A stretch of DNA of 64,000 nt from Psilocybe cubensis (Eukaryota): positions 310,001 to 374,000 of the forward strand of contig CM039009.1 in the NCBI GenBank assembly GCA_017499595.2. The letters are read 5' to 3'. Position 1 is the first letter of the stretch, and every line of letters starts with the position of its first letter. Position numbers and translations under genes: made by a program. Positions 1 to 11,949 of this stretch are shown piece by piece. The notes below the pieces were generated by a model. The model made no database searches and was not told the DNA's origin. It was given only the letters and a program-made list of their open reading frames with translations.

Positions 1-7
1 CACAGAA

Positions 8-1642
8 ATGGGTGCACTGCAGCTGGCTCTAGGTGAAGGGAAACAGAACTCAACGTTCCTCCCTCTAAACATTCTACGCTCATGCTCACAAGTATGTCGT
101 CAATGGAGACAACTAGCTTGCGGATCCTCGACATTGTGGGGACGAGTCATCCAAGTAGACTTGTTGACGCAGAGGGAGGCTTATTGGAGGGATTGTGTGA
201 TGCGGAGAACGGGAGATGCACCATTGTGCATATCGGGAGTCATCGATGGTAGAGTGGAGGCTTGTCGTTTGTTTCTCCACGACCTTTTGCGGCGTCAATG
301 GTGGAGAATCCGCGTGTTTGACGTGCAGATCAGCCATCATTCAAAATTCGACGGCGACACGTGGAGGGTGCTACAAAGACCTTCTCCTATGCTCCAAGTT
401 TTCAAAGTCGTTCCTCGATGCTGGGACGATTATATATTCCTGGCATTGGAGGAGACTACAGGACGTCTGTTTGCGGATTCTGCGCCTTCTTTGAAAGAGT
501 TTGCGTTCCCGGAGGCACCAGAGCTGTACATCTCCCTTCAAGCACCATGGATGAAGCATGTGTCGACACTTGTGCTTTTTGGAGGATTTCTTTCTTCGGA
601 TATGATCGATGCATTGGAAGACATGGGTGATCATTTGGAATATCTAGAATTAAAGGATGGATTCATGAAGCCTCTCGTACAACCAAGACAACGTGTATCC
701 CTCCCGCATCTTCGAAGATTGTCGGTCACCAACAGACTTCAGATATGTGTATTCCTCCTTCACTACCTCATCCCCGCGCCTGGGTGCTCTCTTTTTCTTT
801 CGACACATAGGAACACACATATATACCGCAATATCTCGCCCAAGGATATATCCGATATCAACACACAAATTTGGCGATACGCCGATAACTTCTTGTCTGT
901 GCACGATGCGTTTGTCGATACTCTCCGGCTTGCATATAACTCTAGGTCTTTCTCCTTCACATTGAGCCACGGTCATGCTCCCATTGCCACCGGTTCCTTC
1001 ATATCTCCAGGACGCCGTGAAAGCCCTGAATTCAGTGTCAATATTGTTGCAGGATTTAGGTTGCCCAAACAAACGTCGCGTATCTTCTTAGATGCCATTA
1101 AGCTGTCTCCACGGACAACCATTGTAACGTTTGATTTTACTCCCAGCAAAGTGGACCCTATGGACGAAGAAAATCTACGACCCACGATGGTAATCCCTTA
1201 TCTTTCTTCAATGACTACCCTTGCAACATCCGAATACGGGTTCGAATTACTTCTTCTGGAAGAAAGGAATGCATGCCATTTACCCTGTTTCATAGAGGAT
1301 ATCTTCCCTTCACTGCATACATTCACGCTCAAATATAACGGTCCGCTGGAGAATCGCCCGACTTTCGAAATTTGCATCCTTTCTTTTCTCAAGGCACGGA
1401 TTATAACCGGTAGGCCTCTACCGACCCTCGATGTATCAGATTTTGCATTAGAAAAGTTGTGGATTCGTTCTCGTGGGCGTGAAATCAAGAATTGGAAGTA
1501 TCTGGAGGATATACCCGGGCTGAAGGTAATACTCCATAGTAGGCGTTCCATCTATGGGGTTGTAGCTAACTTTAGAAATGACGGAGAATGGGAGGAATTT
1601 TATGTTTGCGGCTCAGGGGAACCGAACAGACTTGTATCATAG
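8..1642 (+). CDS. F-box-like/LRR-like protein (Agaricomycete expanded family), possibly 5'-truncated at the window edge
   Basis: 544-aa ORF. N-terminal LRSCSQVCRQWRQLACGSSTLWGRVI matches the end of an F-box-like motif, followed by Leu-rich segments (LPHLRRLSV, FPSLHTFTL). Confidence 0.75.
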   Translation: MGALQLALGEGKQNSTFLPLNILRSCSQVCRQWRQLACGSSTLWGRVIQVDLLTQREAYWRDCVMRRTGDAPLCISGVIDGRVEACRLFLHDLLRRQWWRIRVFDVQISHHSKFDGDTWRVLQRPSPMLQVFKVVPRCWDDYIFLALEETTGRLFADSAPSLKEFAFPEAPELYISLQAPWMKHVSTLVLFGGFLSSDMIDALEDMGDHLEYLELKDGFMKPLVQPRQRVSLPHLRRLSVTNRLQICVFLLHYLIPAPGCSLFLSTHRNTHIYRNISPKDISDINTQIWRYADNFLSVHDAFVDTLRLAYNSRSFSFTLSHGHAPIATGSFISPGRRESPEFSVNIVAGFRLPKQTSRIFLDAIKLSPRTTIVTFDFTPSKVDPMDEENLRPTMVIPYLSSMTTLATSEYGFELLLLEERNACHLPCFIEDIFPSLHTFTLKYNGPLENRPTFEICILSFLKARIITGRPLPTLDVSDFALEKLWIRSRGREIKNWKYLEDIPGLKVILHSRRSIYGVVANFRNDGEWEEFYVCGSGEPNRLVS

Positions 1643-3177
1643 TGGTCTCTACAGGGTCAAGGTCGTTTTTTGATAATGCCAAATATTGCCATTGCCAATT
1701 TCATGAAGGATATGCATTACATCTAAGACTGATAACTCGCTATTTTCCCAAAACTTCATATGACTTTATGACAGGTGTTATAGTTGTCAAGGATATCAAA
1801 GGGAAGTCTGGATAAACTAGGAAACGTGGTTGCTTGGACCGCATTGACAATTACCAAGTCATAGCATTGACGAACAATAGACGCCCACTGATCACGTGGC
1901 TTGTAGAGTTCTTGAAGAAGTAGGTGTATATTAGTGGTGCAGATTAGCCCGGATAGTCGCCTAATTGTTTCGCAATCACCATTTCGAGTCGCATTGTGGG
2001 GCGCCACAAGTTGGGACTACCCAAAATGGCAGAAATAGAGCATTGTGAGCCTCTCTTTTTGTCTCCATTTTTTGCACATTTCCCGTTTGGGACACCCACT
2101 CCTATGAGCGAAAAACCCGCACGATTGCCACCGATTTTGTTTGACCCAATGTTCCGAGAGATTCCTAATTTGTGCTTTGTGTATAGCCAATGGCGTGAGG
2201 ACCCATCTTTAAGTCTACAGGATTTTGCCGGCACAGGAGTCGACTATTCAGTATCTCGGGAATGTGGACGTTGCGGCTATGCGTGAACAGATATCGCCTA
2301 CATTCTCAGTGCATATGAGTGAAACCACCTCTTCCGAAGATAGGAAGATATATCAAAATATCATAATTGGGTGGGGGGAATATGCATCCTTAAATGTTGC
2401 CGAATCGACTCATTATTGGAATCATTGAATTCATGAGCTTCAAGTATATTGATTTTGCAGTGACAGGCTCATTTAGACGTAACGTATCCTTGAAACGTTC
2501 AATTGTATACTAGTAATAATACCTCTATTATTAAGTTCAAATGCATGTATGCATGGTATACACAGGGATACATTGTCACATAACTGTATATGGCGGAAAC
2601 GAAAGCCAGTGCATCCGATTTTCAAGCATTTTGTGCCATGCCGTAAACATGGTCAGTGTGTAGAATCTGCTTCGCCGGATTAAAATGGAATCCTAGGAGA
2701 TACGTATACCAATTTAACGATACGGCTTCACTCTGCCGACCGTTAAGTCGATGATTTTTCAATAAACCTTGCAGAGATGTCCAAACTAGCTTTGTAGTCC
2801 TCTTCACTTTATATTTAGGGAACTGTTTGTACGCCATTGGTTACTTCCAAGCCACTTTCATGATTCTGAACAGCAATGCCACTACAGCTGTTTTTCTGCA
2901 GCGAACAGTACATCGACGCCATGTCCTTCGACTTTCTAATTGATGTAGACCACGGAGTAAAAATTTTCGAATTGGTAAGTGCCGAAGCTGCCGCTCCGCT
3001 TGAAATAGAAGGCATAGGAAATTTGTAGGATCTTTGTTGACCGTGACATTGGTATAACTCAGAGAAAGAAAAATTCAAATGATCTATTGATGCAATCACA
3101 CATAGTTCACAGGAGCACGCGCATGTTGAACAGCCATATAAGGCCATACAATCCACAAAGCCTTACTCATCTCTTCT

Positions 3178-4635
3178 TTGTGGCAAACCATTACCTTGCC
3201 TACTATCAGACAGACAGGCTTCGGCCCTTGTCCTATGCCAGCAGTCATCGGCGAAGTCATGACTGAAATACCAGTGATCGGCCCTCCAGCCACACTGGCC
3301 ATCAAACCCAACCCTTCTCCCATCTCTCTCATTCCTGTCGAGATTCTTGTAAAGATATTTCGCATCGTAGCGGACACCTACGACTTCGACTGCATCAATT
3401 CGGTGCGGTGGCCGAACTATCGGCCAAGGAGGCACCCGATTCTCGACGTCGTGCGCCGCGTCTGCGTCCGCTGGTTTCACATAGCAGGCTCCGACTCTAC
3501 ATTGTGGACGACTTTATTTCTAGAGCCGACTCTACTGGTATCTGATCCTGGTCGTGTCCTGGCTGGCCAGTCTCTCCGGGCGAAACGGGAGGATAAATGC
3601 ACTGCGTACTCCGGCGACACTCGACCGCTTTCTGTGATAATCAACCCTCACCTGTACTGCTGGAGCAAGGACCAGCCGTTCGTAGCTCTGTCGTTCGTGT
3701 GCTTTTGCGCGGAGATGGCGGTGCAGATCAACCGGTGCATCCAACCCCAACTCAGCTCGCGCATCGGGAGTCTTGCGCTACGGTTCACCCAACGTGATCT
3801 TTTTAAACACTTTGAAAATACAGTGCTTTCCGCTGCTGGCGCCGCGATGCTCGTTAACCTGCACACGCTGTCTATCGTCATCGAGGGTACCGGAGCAAAC
3901 AGGGTCTCTGTTAATATCCACTTGAATGCCATGTTCGCGGAGCTCAACAGCCTTCGACACCTTCACCTGGTTTCACACTACGGCGGATTCGAGGTATCTG
4001 ACACACTAGGTCTACGCCTTCAGACGTTCAAACTCGAGAGAAACGAAATACAATGCTCTGAGGTTATAGCTATTCTAAAATTTATGGAATTTACACAGGC
4101 CATATGTCTAGAAGGACTAAGGCCCACGTATAAAGCCCCCAGGGCCAGTGAGCTGCGCAGAGAACGAATGTCCCGGCCGTGCCTGGAGAAGCTGGTTTTG
4201 AAGGGATGCCACCTCCAAGCAAAGGCGCTGGAATGCTTCTCGCTGCCAAATCTCCGGGTCCTCGAGGTCGAAAACGCGTCTTTGAACCTGTTATATGACA
4301 GGCTCGTTCCGCTGATCGAGCGCTCTGGATGCACACTCACGCATTTGAAGGTGTTCCACTACCAGGAGACACGCGATTGTGACCGGTTACCCGAGATTCT
4401 CCTCGACCGACATATCCGATTTATTGCCAATGTTATCGTTCGATACAAGTTTTATAGGAAAGCGGAGAGGCGAGCGGAACTTCGACGACGCGGTGTTGTA
4501 CGAGACTACTTTGCGGGATTGGATCAGGATCACATGCGACGCGTCGTTTCACCTACTTTTAGCCATGAACTTCGCCGTAGTCTCGATCCTCGCCTCAAGG
4601 ATAATTATATTTTATGGGGAGAGTATGACTCCTAG
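3178..4635 (+). CDS. F-box-like/LRR-like protein
   Basis: 485-aa ORF with PISLIPVEILVKIF...VRRVCVRWFHIAGSDSTLWT F-box signature and LPNLRVLEV/GCTLTHL repeats. The true start is probably ATG 3235 or 3259. Confidence 0.75.
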   Translation: MWQTITLPTIRQTGFGPCPMPAVIGEVMTEIPVIGPPATLAIKPNPSPISLIPVEILVKIFRIVADTYDFDCINSVRWPNYRPRRHPILDVVRRVCVRWFHIAGSDSTLWTTLFLEPTLLVSDPGRVLAGQSLRAKREDKCTAYSGDTRPLSVIINPHLYCWSKDQPFVALSFVCFCAEMAVQINRCIQPQLSSRIGSLALRFTQRDLFKHFENTVLSAAGAAMLVNLHTLSIVIEGTGANRVSVNIHLNAMFAELNSLRHLHLVSHYGGFEVSDTLGLRLQTFKLERNEIQCSEVIAILKFMEFTQAICLEGLRPTYKAPRASELRRERMSRPCLEKLVLKGCHLQAKALECFSLPNLRVLEVENASLNLLYDRLVPLIERSGCTLTHLKVFHYQETRDCDRLPEILLDRHIRFIANVIVRYKFYRKAERRAELRRRGVVRDYFAGLDQDHMRRVVSPTFSHELRRSLDPRLKDNYILWGEYDS

Positions 4636-5609
4636 TAACTGTATACCACGCATTCCATAGACACAGAGACACACACACAGCATTTTTTTATATCTAGCAT
4701 TCTATATCATCATAGTATCACGGTGTATCCACCAATTTGTATAATACTCACGCATCGCTGTCTATTACAATGTACCTCTATATATCAACAATATCTACCT
4801 GATTCTCCACTGCATCTGACATTGCTAGACATATTTAAACATCATGACTTGATGACACACGTGGCTGGTGGATTTATGTATGTACAAACAGCGCTCGACG
4901 TGCATATGAAATGTATGGGTGCCATAATTTGCTCCCCGAACGAGAAGTTGAGGATACAAACATCAGTTACATAGCAAAGTTCGAAGTTCAAGGATCATGA
5001 AATATTCCACCATCTTTGAGAGAAGCCATAACCGTGTTTTATTCTGTTCTCTGCTTTGCAACTTAACCATGCACAAAAAACCCCGTCTCAAGTTCAGATG
5101 TGGACCGCCAGCTTGTTGAAGCGGATGGGGATATCACTGATCAATCAACCAATCAGTCTGTCAATCAGTCAATCATTCGTAACTTACTTGGAGTCCCTTG
5201 CCAAGCGCCTGCCTCCATGGAGTTGACATTGTGGACCCACAGTGAGGAAGAACTGGAAGGAGTAGGTCCACATTCCGTTGAGGGTATCAGCTTGAATTTT
5301 TTCCATTATAATCCGATGAATGACATAGGACACTGAGCCATGCTCCTTTTTACACCAGATTTTTTGCTCCACCTGATGATCAATGTGAAGACAGATTGGC
5401 AAATTGTAATTTGGAACCAGGCGCCCGGAAAACGAGACGCCACAAACACATATATACACAAGTACAAACAAAACAACATCGGACGGCGCTAAAATACCAC
5501 CAACCATAAAACATTTGGAAGTGGACCTATATTATAAAACAAAACACAGACAACAATCGGAAACAGAAAAATGAAAGTAAAAGGTAGGAAGACATACAAG
5601 CAACGGAAA

Positions 5610-7804
5610 TTAGCACAAAAATGAACCCCCAGCAGCTTTCTCAAGGCCTTTAAACATCTTCTCCACCGCCTCGCGCTTCTTCTTTCTAGACTTCTCAGCA
5701 CCCCGTGCCCCTCCTCCCTCTTCCTCGGAATCGGTATCCTCCCCGGTGCCCACATCGGCATCATCGGCATTCGCAGAAACCATAAATTCCGCTACAAACC
5801 GCGCCACCTGTTCTTCCCCAATCTCCGCCAACGCTCTTGCTCCCCACCGCCATACATATTGCACCTCCCCCGCTCCCGCATCCTGACCGCCTCTAACTCT
5901 CTTTGCCCCTCTGCCTGCGCCCGCGCCCCCCTTCTTAGATGCACCGCCAGCACCCTCTGCGCCAACAATGGCGCGATGCAAATACCCTTGTTTTAACATC
6001 AGCGTGAGGAAATCATCCAGGGACAGTCCAAGTGTGGGTGAGGTTGATGTTGTGGTGAGTGGGATTGGATGAGCGGTGGCTGAGGATGGGATACGCAGCA
6101 TGCGCATATATGCCCGGAGTTTCGCTGTAGATGAACAAAAGAGGGATGGAGGGAGTCAATAAGAGGATGAGAGCGAGGAAAGATAGGAAAAAGGGCATAT
6201 ATCCAGCCACCCGTTGAAGAAGACAGAGAGGACATTCAACGCGCATATATTGAGGCACTCAGACGCGGCATTTCGAGGAATGCAAAAATGCGCAACATAT
6301 CCAGCCTCCAGGGTATGTATACATACAAGGTGTATCCTTGCTGACGATGGCAATACCAACGCGCATATACCAGGTAGTTACCAGATATATCTTGCCCATT
6401 AGGGAAGAAATGCATGTGAGGAACACATCTTGGAAAGGCCACGAACGCGCATATATGCATTCCATCAGGGAGGAAGAGATGTGCACGGAGAATGAAACGC
6501 GCAACAAATGCGCATATAACCAGTAAACAGGAATACTCACAGTCATCTAGAACACGTGCATGCGCAAGCACCAGCGCAAGAATGACGTGCAGCACCCCGA
6601 GAGCACCTAGCTGGTCTGCACGGCTCCATGAAATGATGCTCCCGTAGTTTTTCGGTGCTCGCGACTGCGCCTCGTTATCGTGGCCATGTCCGTTGGGGTA
6701 CCCATCTGCACCTTCACCGCCATCGTCCTCGTCCTCAGATGAAGATTGCACGGTGTTCCGCATGCGCCTACGCTGATTCTTTTGCTGGCTGGGCCTCGCC
6801 CGCTGTGCCTGAGAACCACCACCTGACCCCGAGGCCCGACGTGCGTTCCCTTCCTCCTCGTCTTCTTCTCCGTCCTCGTCGTCATCTCCGTTGTTCTGGC
6901 GCCTCCGCCCATGCACAGGGAATATCGCTTGCATGTCGCGCACCTCTCCCTCGTAAAGCTCCCCGTCTGTCTGAGCCGCGTGTTCGATGAGAATGGCAGG
7001 CAGCACCGAGCGCAGGATGTAACTTTTCGTTGTCAACGCTGGAGCTGTGCTTTCATTGAGTCTTTTGCTGCTTAAAGTTGGTCAAGAAACACACACCTTT
7101 CTTCTTGAGCCCAGCCTGCGTCTCGCCTTTCTTTTTTCCCTTCCCCTTGCCCTCTTTTTCCTTCTCTTTTCCTTTACCCCCTTCATTATCCACATCCACA
7201 CCATCACCCCGCTCCATCGCCTCAACCCCCGCTCTTGTCGCAAGCTCCACCAACTCCATTCCGAATGTATCACGCAGCTTCTTTTGCGCGAGGGCAAAAA
7301 CGGAGGCAAAGGCGCGGGGTGTCCCGCCGAGGACTATTGGTTGATTAAAAATGTAATTGTTGTGGGTGAGGACAGGTATGCACCTTTTTTACTGATTTCC
7401 TCCCTCCTGAGTGGGGCGCGCTTGTACTCCGTGAACAGTGCGAGACGGACAAGCGCGTGCGCTTTGCGTGCGAGTTCCTGTTAGTACATGATGTCGGTAA
7501 GCAGTAAGATTGGGTGTTTGAGTTGAGAGAGAAAAGGACGTACAGAATTGTCGTCCGGCTCGTCTACATCCATCGGACCTCCATCTCCTCCCTCCCCTCC
7601 CTCATCGCCGTCTCCATCATCATCTCCCTCGTCATCATCGTCATCTTTTTCATACATATCGTCGTCCTCTTCTTCTTGCTGCGGCTGTGCTCTTCTTCCT
7701 GGGCGTTGCGATTGTGAAGGCTGTGAAGCGCGCGGGGCGCGGGATGCGCGGTAGCGCGAGGGACCTGCGCGTGCTTGAGACTGAGATGGTGTGGATCGTC
7801 CCAT
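5610..7804 (-). CDS. NSE3: MAGE-domain Smc5/6 complex subunit Nse3 (multi-exon)
   Basis: Spliced segments give LVRLALFTEYKRAPLRREEISKK, AQKKLRDTFGMELVEL, KSYILRS, LGVLHVILALVL, LMLKQGYL and WRWGARALAEIGE, all typical MAGE winged-helix motifs. ATG at 7804; GT-AG introns. Confidence 0.85.
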
Positions 7805-8191
7805 TTTAAAATGTGGTGGCGGAGGATTAAGGTTATTTTCTCGAGTTGAAAGCACGAATGAACAAAAGCGAAATCGTCGGTGTCAGACAGGAGAGCACGG
7901 AGGGTTTGGTCTAGAAGGTGAGTGTGAAGGGGAAGAAGAGATAGTCTGGGTGTTTTGCTGCAAGGTCTTCCGTATCCGTATCCGTATCTGTATCGGTGAA
8001 GAGATGGATGAAAGGGATCGACAAACTAACTTTGCAGTTCAAGATGAAAGGAAGAAATGTCACGCCGAAACTGTGACAGCACGGTTCATTGGCGTGACAA
8101 CACGCGTTTTTTGGAGCTGCCTTTTTTGGCATTTTGGCGTTTTATAGGTTCAGGCGGCGCTTGAATCGTGCACAACTCGTGCACCATGGTC

Positions 8192-8786
8192 TAGTGTTGC
8201 CGCCAGAGTGCAGTGCAGTGACAGTGAAGCCATTTTTGGGCGACTGTGACACGCTTCACAGTGATCACAGTCCCTGTGAAGTGCTGTGAAGTGATTGTGA
8301 CGTCATTCACTGTCTCGACCTCACAAAATGGTCGACGAAAGGTTGGCGCTTTGGAAGTCATTTTGTCTATGTGTATTTGCTCAGTCAGTGTACTAATAGT
8401 CCAATACACTTCAATGTAGCAATTTGTTTGACTTTTCGCAACAAATCCAGCGAAAACCAAGCAGAAATGTGTGTCGACAACAAGATCAAAAGAGCTGGAC
8501 CACGTGCGCTGTTGAATATTTTATTGCAATCTTATCTAGATAGATAAAGGCCATGTGCAATAAATACCCTCCATATATAGTAGGTATCCCGAACATTCTC
8601 ATGTATTCGACAAAAATACATGTAATACTTCCATATTTAGTCTAGATTATCCGAAACTGCAATTTACGGCACACTTTGCAGAGTACTTCACTGCGACTTT
8701 GTTGCGCTGTGAAGTGTGTCGGAGAATGAAAAAACAGAGTGCAGTCACAGTCACTGCAGAGTGACTGCACTCTGGCGGCAACACTA
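8192..8786. mobile_element. Non-autonomous hAT-type MITE (595 bp)
   Basis: Perfect 23-bp TIR tagtgttgccgccagagtgcagt (8192-8214 / 8764-8786) and 8-bp TSD ccatggtc (8184-8191, 8787-8794). Subterminal cagtg/cactg repeats; no credible ORF. Confidence 0.9.
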
Positions 8787-8901
8787 CCATGGTCCAGCCT
8801 TTTCTTAATCTCGGCTCCAGATCTTCGGGAGCGATCAGCGGAGAATGAAATCGGAGTCAAAATTTCTGAGAAAAACCGCTGCCAGGATCCGCTCTCGAAG
8901 A

Positions 8902-9526
8902 TCTGGTGCATTTGCATCAGAAAAGATGCGGACTTGTCACTATTTTGTCACGCCGCCCTCAGGTGTCTCTGCTGACGTGTTGTTGAAGTCAACTAGTGTG
9001 CTGAGTTACGTATGTTGCTCAACAGGCTGATCTCCATACTTTGTCAAGACAGTGTATTATCTCAGAGACCTTGCACAGGAGGGTTATTTGGAGGGTTCTT
9101 TTGTGGCAAATTATCATGTACTCTACTCAGACACTCATTTTCTCTGCAATGTAGTTGGCCTTACAATGATAAAGTCAATGTAACCCACTTTAATTAAGGT
9201 GTCGTGTACCTCGAATCAAATTTCTAATTTTCTTAGGATGTTAAATGTCACTCGTCGCGAGTATCGCGAGTGGGTTTCTTCTAAACTTGGTGGCAGTTCA
9301 TCGCTAACAAATGCATTTTTGGACTCACAGACGTGTCCTTATGCTAATAAGCATGAAAGTGTATTTTTTATACATACGGATTGCATACTGAGTTAGTTGA
9401 AAAGGAAATTATCTCGAAACGGCTTACCTTGACTGGACACTATTGTAGAAGCAATGAAGAGCAATGGTGTGACTGATGTGACTGATGAGGCAGTCCGCAT
9501 CTTTTCTCTGATGCAAATGCACCAGA
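8902..9526. repeat. Degenerate inverted repeat pair, probable old MITE
   Basis: tctggtgcatttgcatcagaaaagatgcggact (8902-8934) versus its reverse complement with a 2-bp indel at 9492-9526. No TSD found. Confidence 0.55.
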
Positions 9527-11318
9527 CGTTGTAGAGCACATCTCCCCGATCAAACTTTACCTGTTTTTTGCCTCCGACTTTAAACTCAGACTATTGGTGC
9601 CGGGCATCGCAAGTGGGCCTCTCGAAGTGAGATCGTGCTCGAAAACGGCTGGGAACGAGACTAGTCTTTTCTGACCGATAAGCCTAGGCTCGTGCCCAGC
9701 CATTTCTGACTCAGCCATTTCAAGCTCCGCTCGGTTTCGTCAGAAACAGCTGGGCGTAACAAAGCACTTCTTGTCGAGTCACACAATGTCACAAAAGACT
9801 TGGTCAAAATCCATGGATTTCAGAGGGACCGAGGTATGTCATTCGATAACATTTTACTCCACAACGCTCAATCCGACTCGAAATCGCCCTCGTCACTGCT
9901 AATCGACTCATCTGTGTCTACTTCCTCATCTTCGGCATCTATCTCATCCATATCAAAAGCAACATCATCTTCTGTCAACCGAGGTAAAGTGGTATAATCA
10001 CTTTCATCTATGTCTTCCAAGTTGGAGCTGAATATTGCATTTAGATCCGGGTCTTCGATTGTATCAGGTTTGGTTTTGACATCTTGGTCGGCCGGTGGAG
10101 TATCTGAATGAGCTATCTGTTCAAGGAGCTGCAATTTCTTGAAAGACAGGTTGTATTCGGCAAGCGGGTTTTTTTCTCCTGCGGTAAGGTTGTGCAGTCC
10201 TGTGGCTCGCGGGAACGTCAACATCACAAGGTCACGCTCTTGTCAACGAGCCACAACAGCCATCTGTCACTTCACAAATAGCAATTCCCAGTCCAGCCAC
10301 TTCTCTCGTGTACTCGAGTCCCATTTACCATTACCCAGCTTTGCTTTCTACACCACAGCATCCTTCTACATCTAGGCTACTATCCCAACTATTACTATCC
10401 TCAGTCTCTCATAACACCACAAAGAGGATACTATGACCCATATCACCACACATCTCAACCACCACCACCACCTCCTCCTCCTCCTCCTCCTCCTCCTCCC
10501 CCTCCCCCTAGTACATAGTCCTTTTGTCAAAAAAAAATGTATTTTATAGCCTATATATCTGAATAGATTGTGACGAGTACATTCTGAAAATACATACTTG
10601 AAAAATACTTTTTTTTGGCACTGTGGCCACTTTGAGGGAGGCGGGGATGTGTGAGAATTGCGAATTTTCGCGAATTTCGCAGAAAGTCGGATCGACTGGG
10701 TCACAGGTCCAATGTGGACCGTGGCCTTAGGCCATCGTTACTGTAAAATCCCATGGTGGCCCATGTATGGACTTTGTGTAAACCTCCAATGGACTAGATA
10801 TGTTCTTCACAGCCAAAACTCAGCCTGAACTCGGAATAATTTTAGTATTGAGACTTATTGAACATTATGGAACTAAGTGATGGTTTTTATCATATAGAGT
10901 ATGTATTTCTAATAAATTAGCTGGAAGACAAGAAGGTAATAGCAGAGATCTTCATATAATGTCCATTACTACTCTCAAATTCGTGTCAGATTTAGGTCAG
11001 ATTGAAGAGTAAGAAAATAAGGGCAGAATACAGAGATAATTTATTTTTAAAAAATCGGGGAAGCTGTTGAATAATTCGACTCATCTAGATACTCATCTGT
11101 GGTGCAAGTTGAACGGCAACGACGCCGGATGGGTGAAGGTAACACCTTGCCTTGGACCTCTGGGAAAATCTGACCAATTTTCCCAGACCCACGTGCGGTC
11201 TAAGTTCAGGTCCAGGTCCAGGTCCATTTGGCCCTCCCTCCCAGTCGATCCGACGGTCTCGAATTTCGCTAAGTCCCAGTCACAAACTGTCACCTCGACA
11301 AGATCGTCCAAGTTCTGC

Positions 11319-11464
11319 CCAGACCTTCTGAGGTGACCTTGATTTTCGCAGTCCGATCCTTGTCCGCGCGATCCGGTTGTGTTCCGGTTGATGTTTGGTC
11401 GTACAAACATTGACCCGAGGTATCGGATCGGGACCAGAAAATCAGGTCACCTCAGAAGGTCTGG
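11319..11464. repeat. Short inverted-repeat element (~146 bp)
   Basis: ccagaccttctgaggtgaccttgattttc (11319-11347) versus gaaaatcaggtcacctcagaaggtctgg (11437-11464), one indel. Confidence 0.65.
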
Positions 11465-11949
11465 CTTGCGAGACTACGATAAGCCCTATCTCAGGCGCTT
11501 ATCCACCTCGATAAAACCGCTTCTCCAGATATGGTTGCTCTTGTTGAGGATGTTCTTCATTGTATCATCCAATTCTGTCCAACATCAACCATTGATGAGC
11601 ACGGCGCCGCTATGCTCACGGAAACGCGTGCACGCTAATGCAATTTCTGTTATTTTCCTTTTATTTACAGATGTTTTTCCTTCATAGAATATTCTAGCAC
11701 TGATCTCAGGGACTAAACTCCTATTCCAAGACTCCGTAGTACTTAAGAACTACGTACACAATTAATAAAAAACTTTTGGATTCCCCTCTCGGATACGATA
11801 TACGTCTCGCTCTCGCGCGCGCCCTCGCGTCGTCACGTCTTCTGCGGTGATTCGAAGCTAGCGTGGCCGCTTCGTCTTGTTTCGCTATTGTTTGGCTAGA
11901 AGCCGTGTGGAGCACGCTCGCTCACACACGCGTTCTGCGAGTCTTGTAG

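Noticed and set aside
1996-2428. Short overlapping ORFs as a gene fragment
   Set aside because: Frames shift and no motif is recognisable.
9868-10227. Acidic 119-aa ORF as a gene
   Set aside because: No ATG start and no recognisable domain. Probably a transposon or gene relic, too weak to call.
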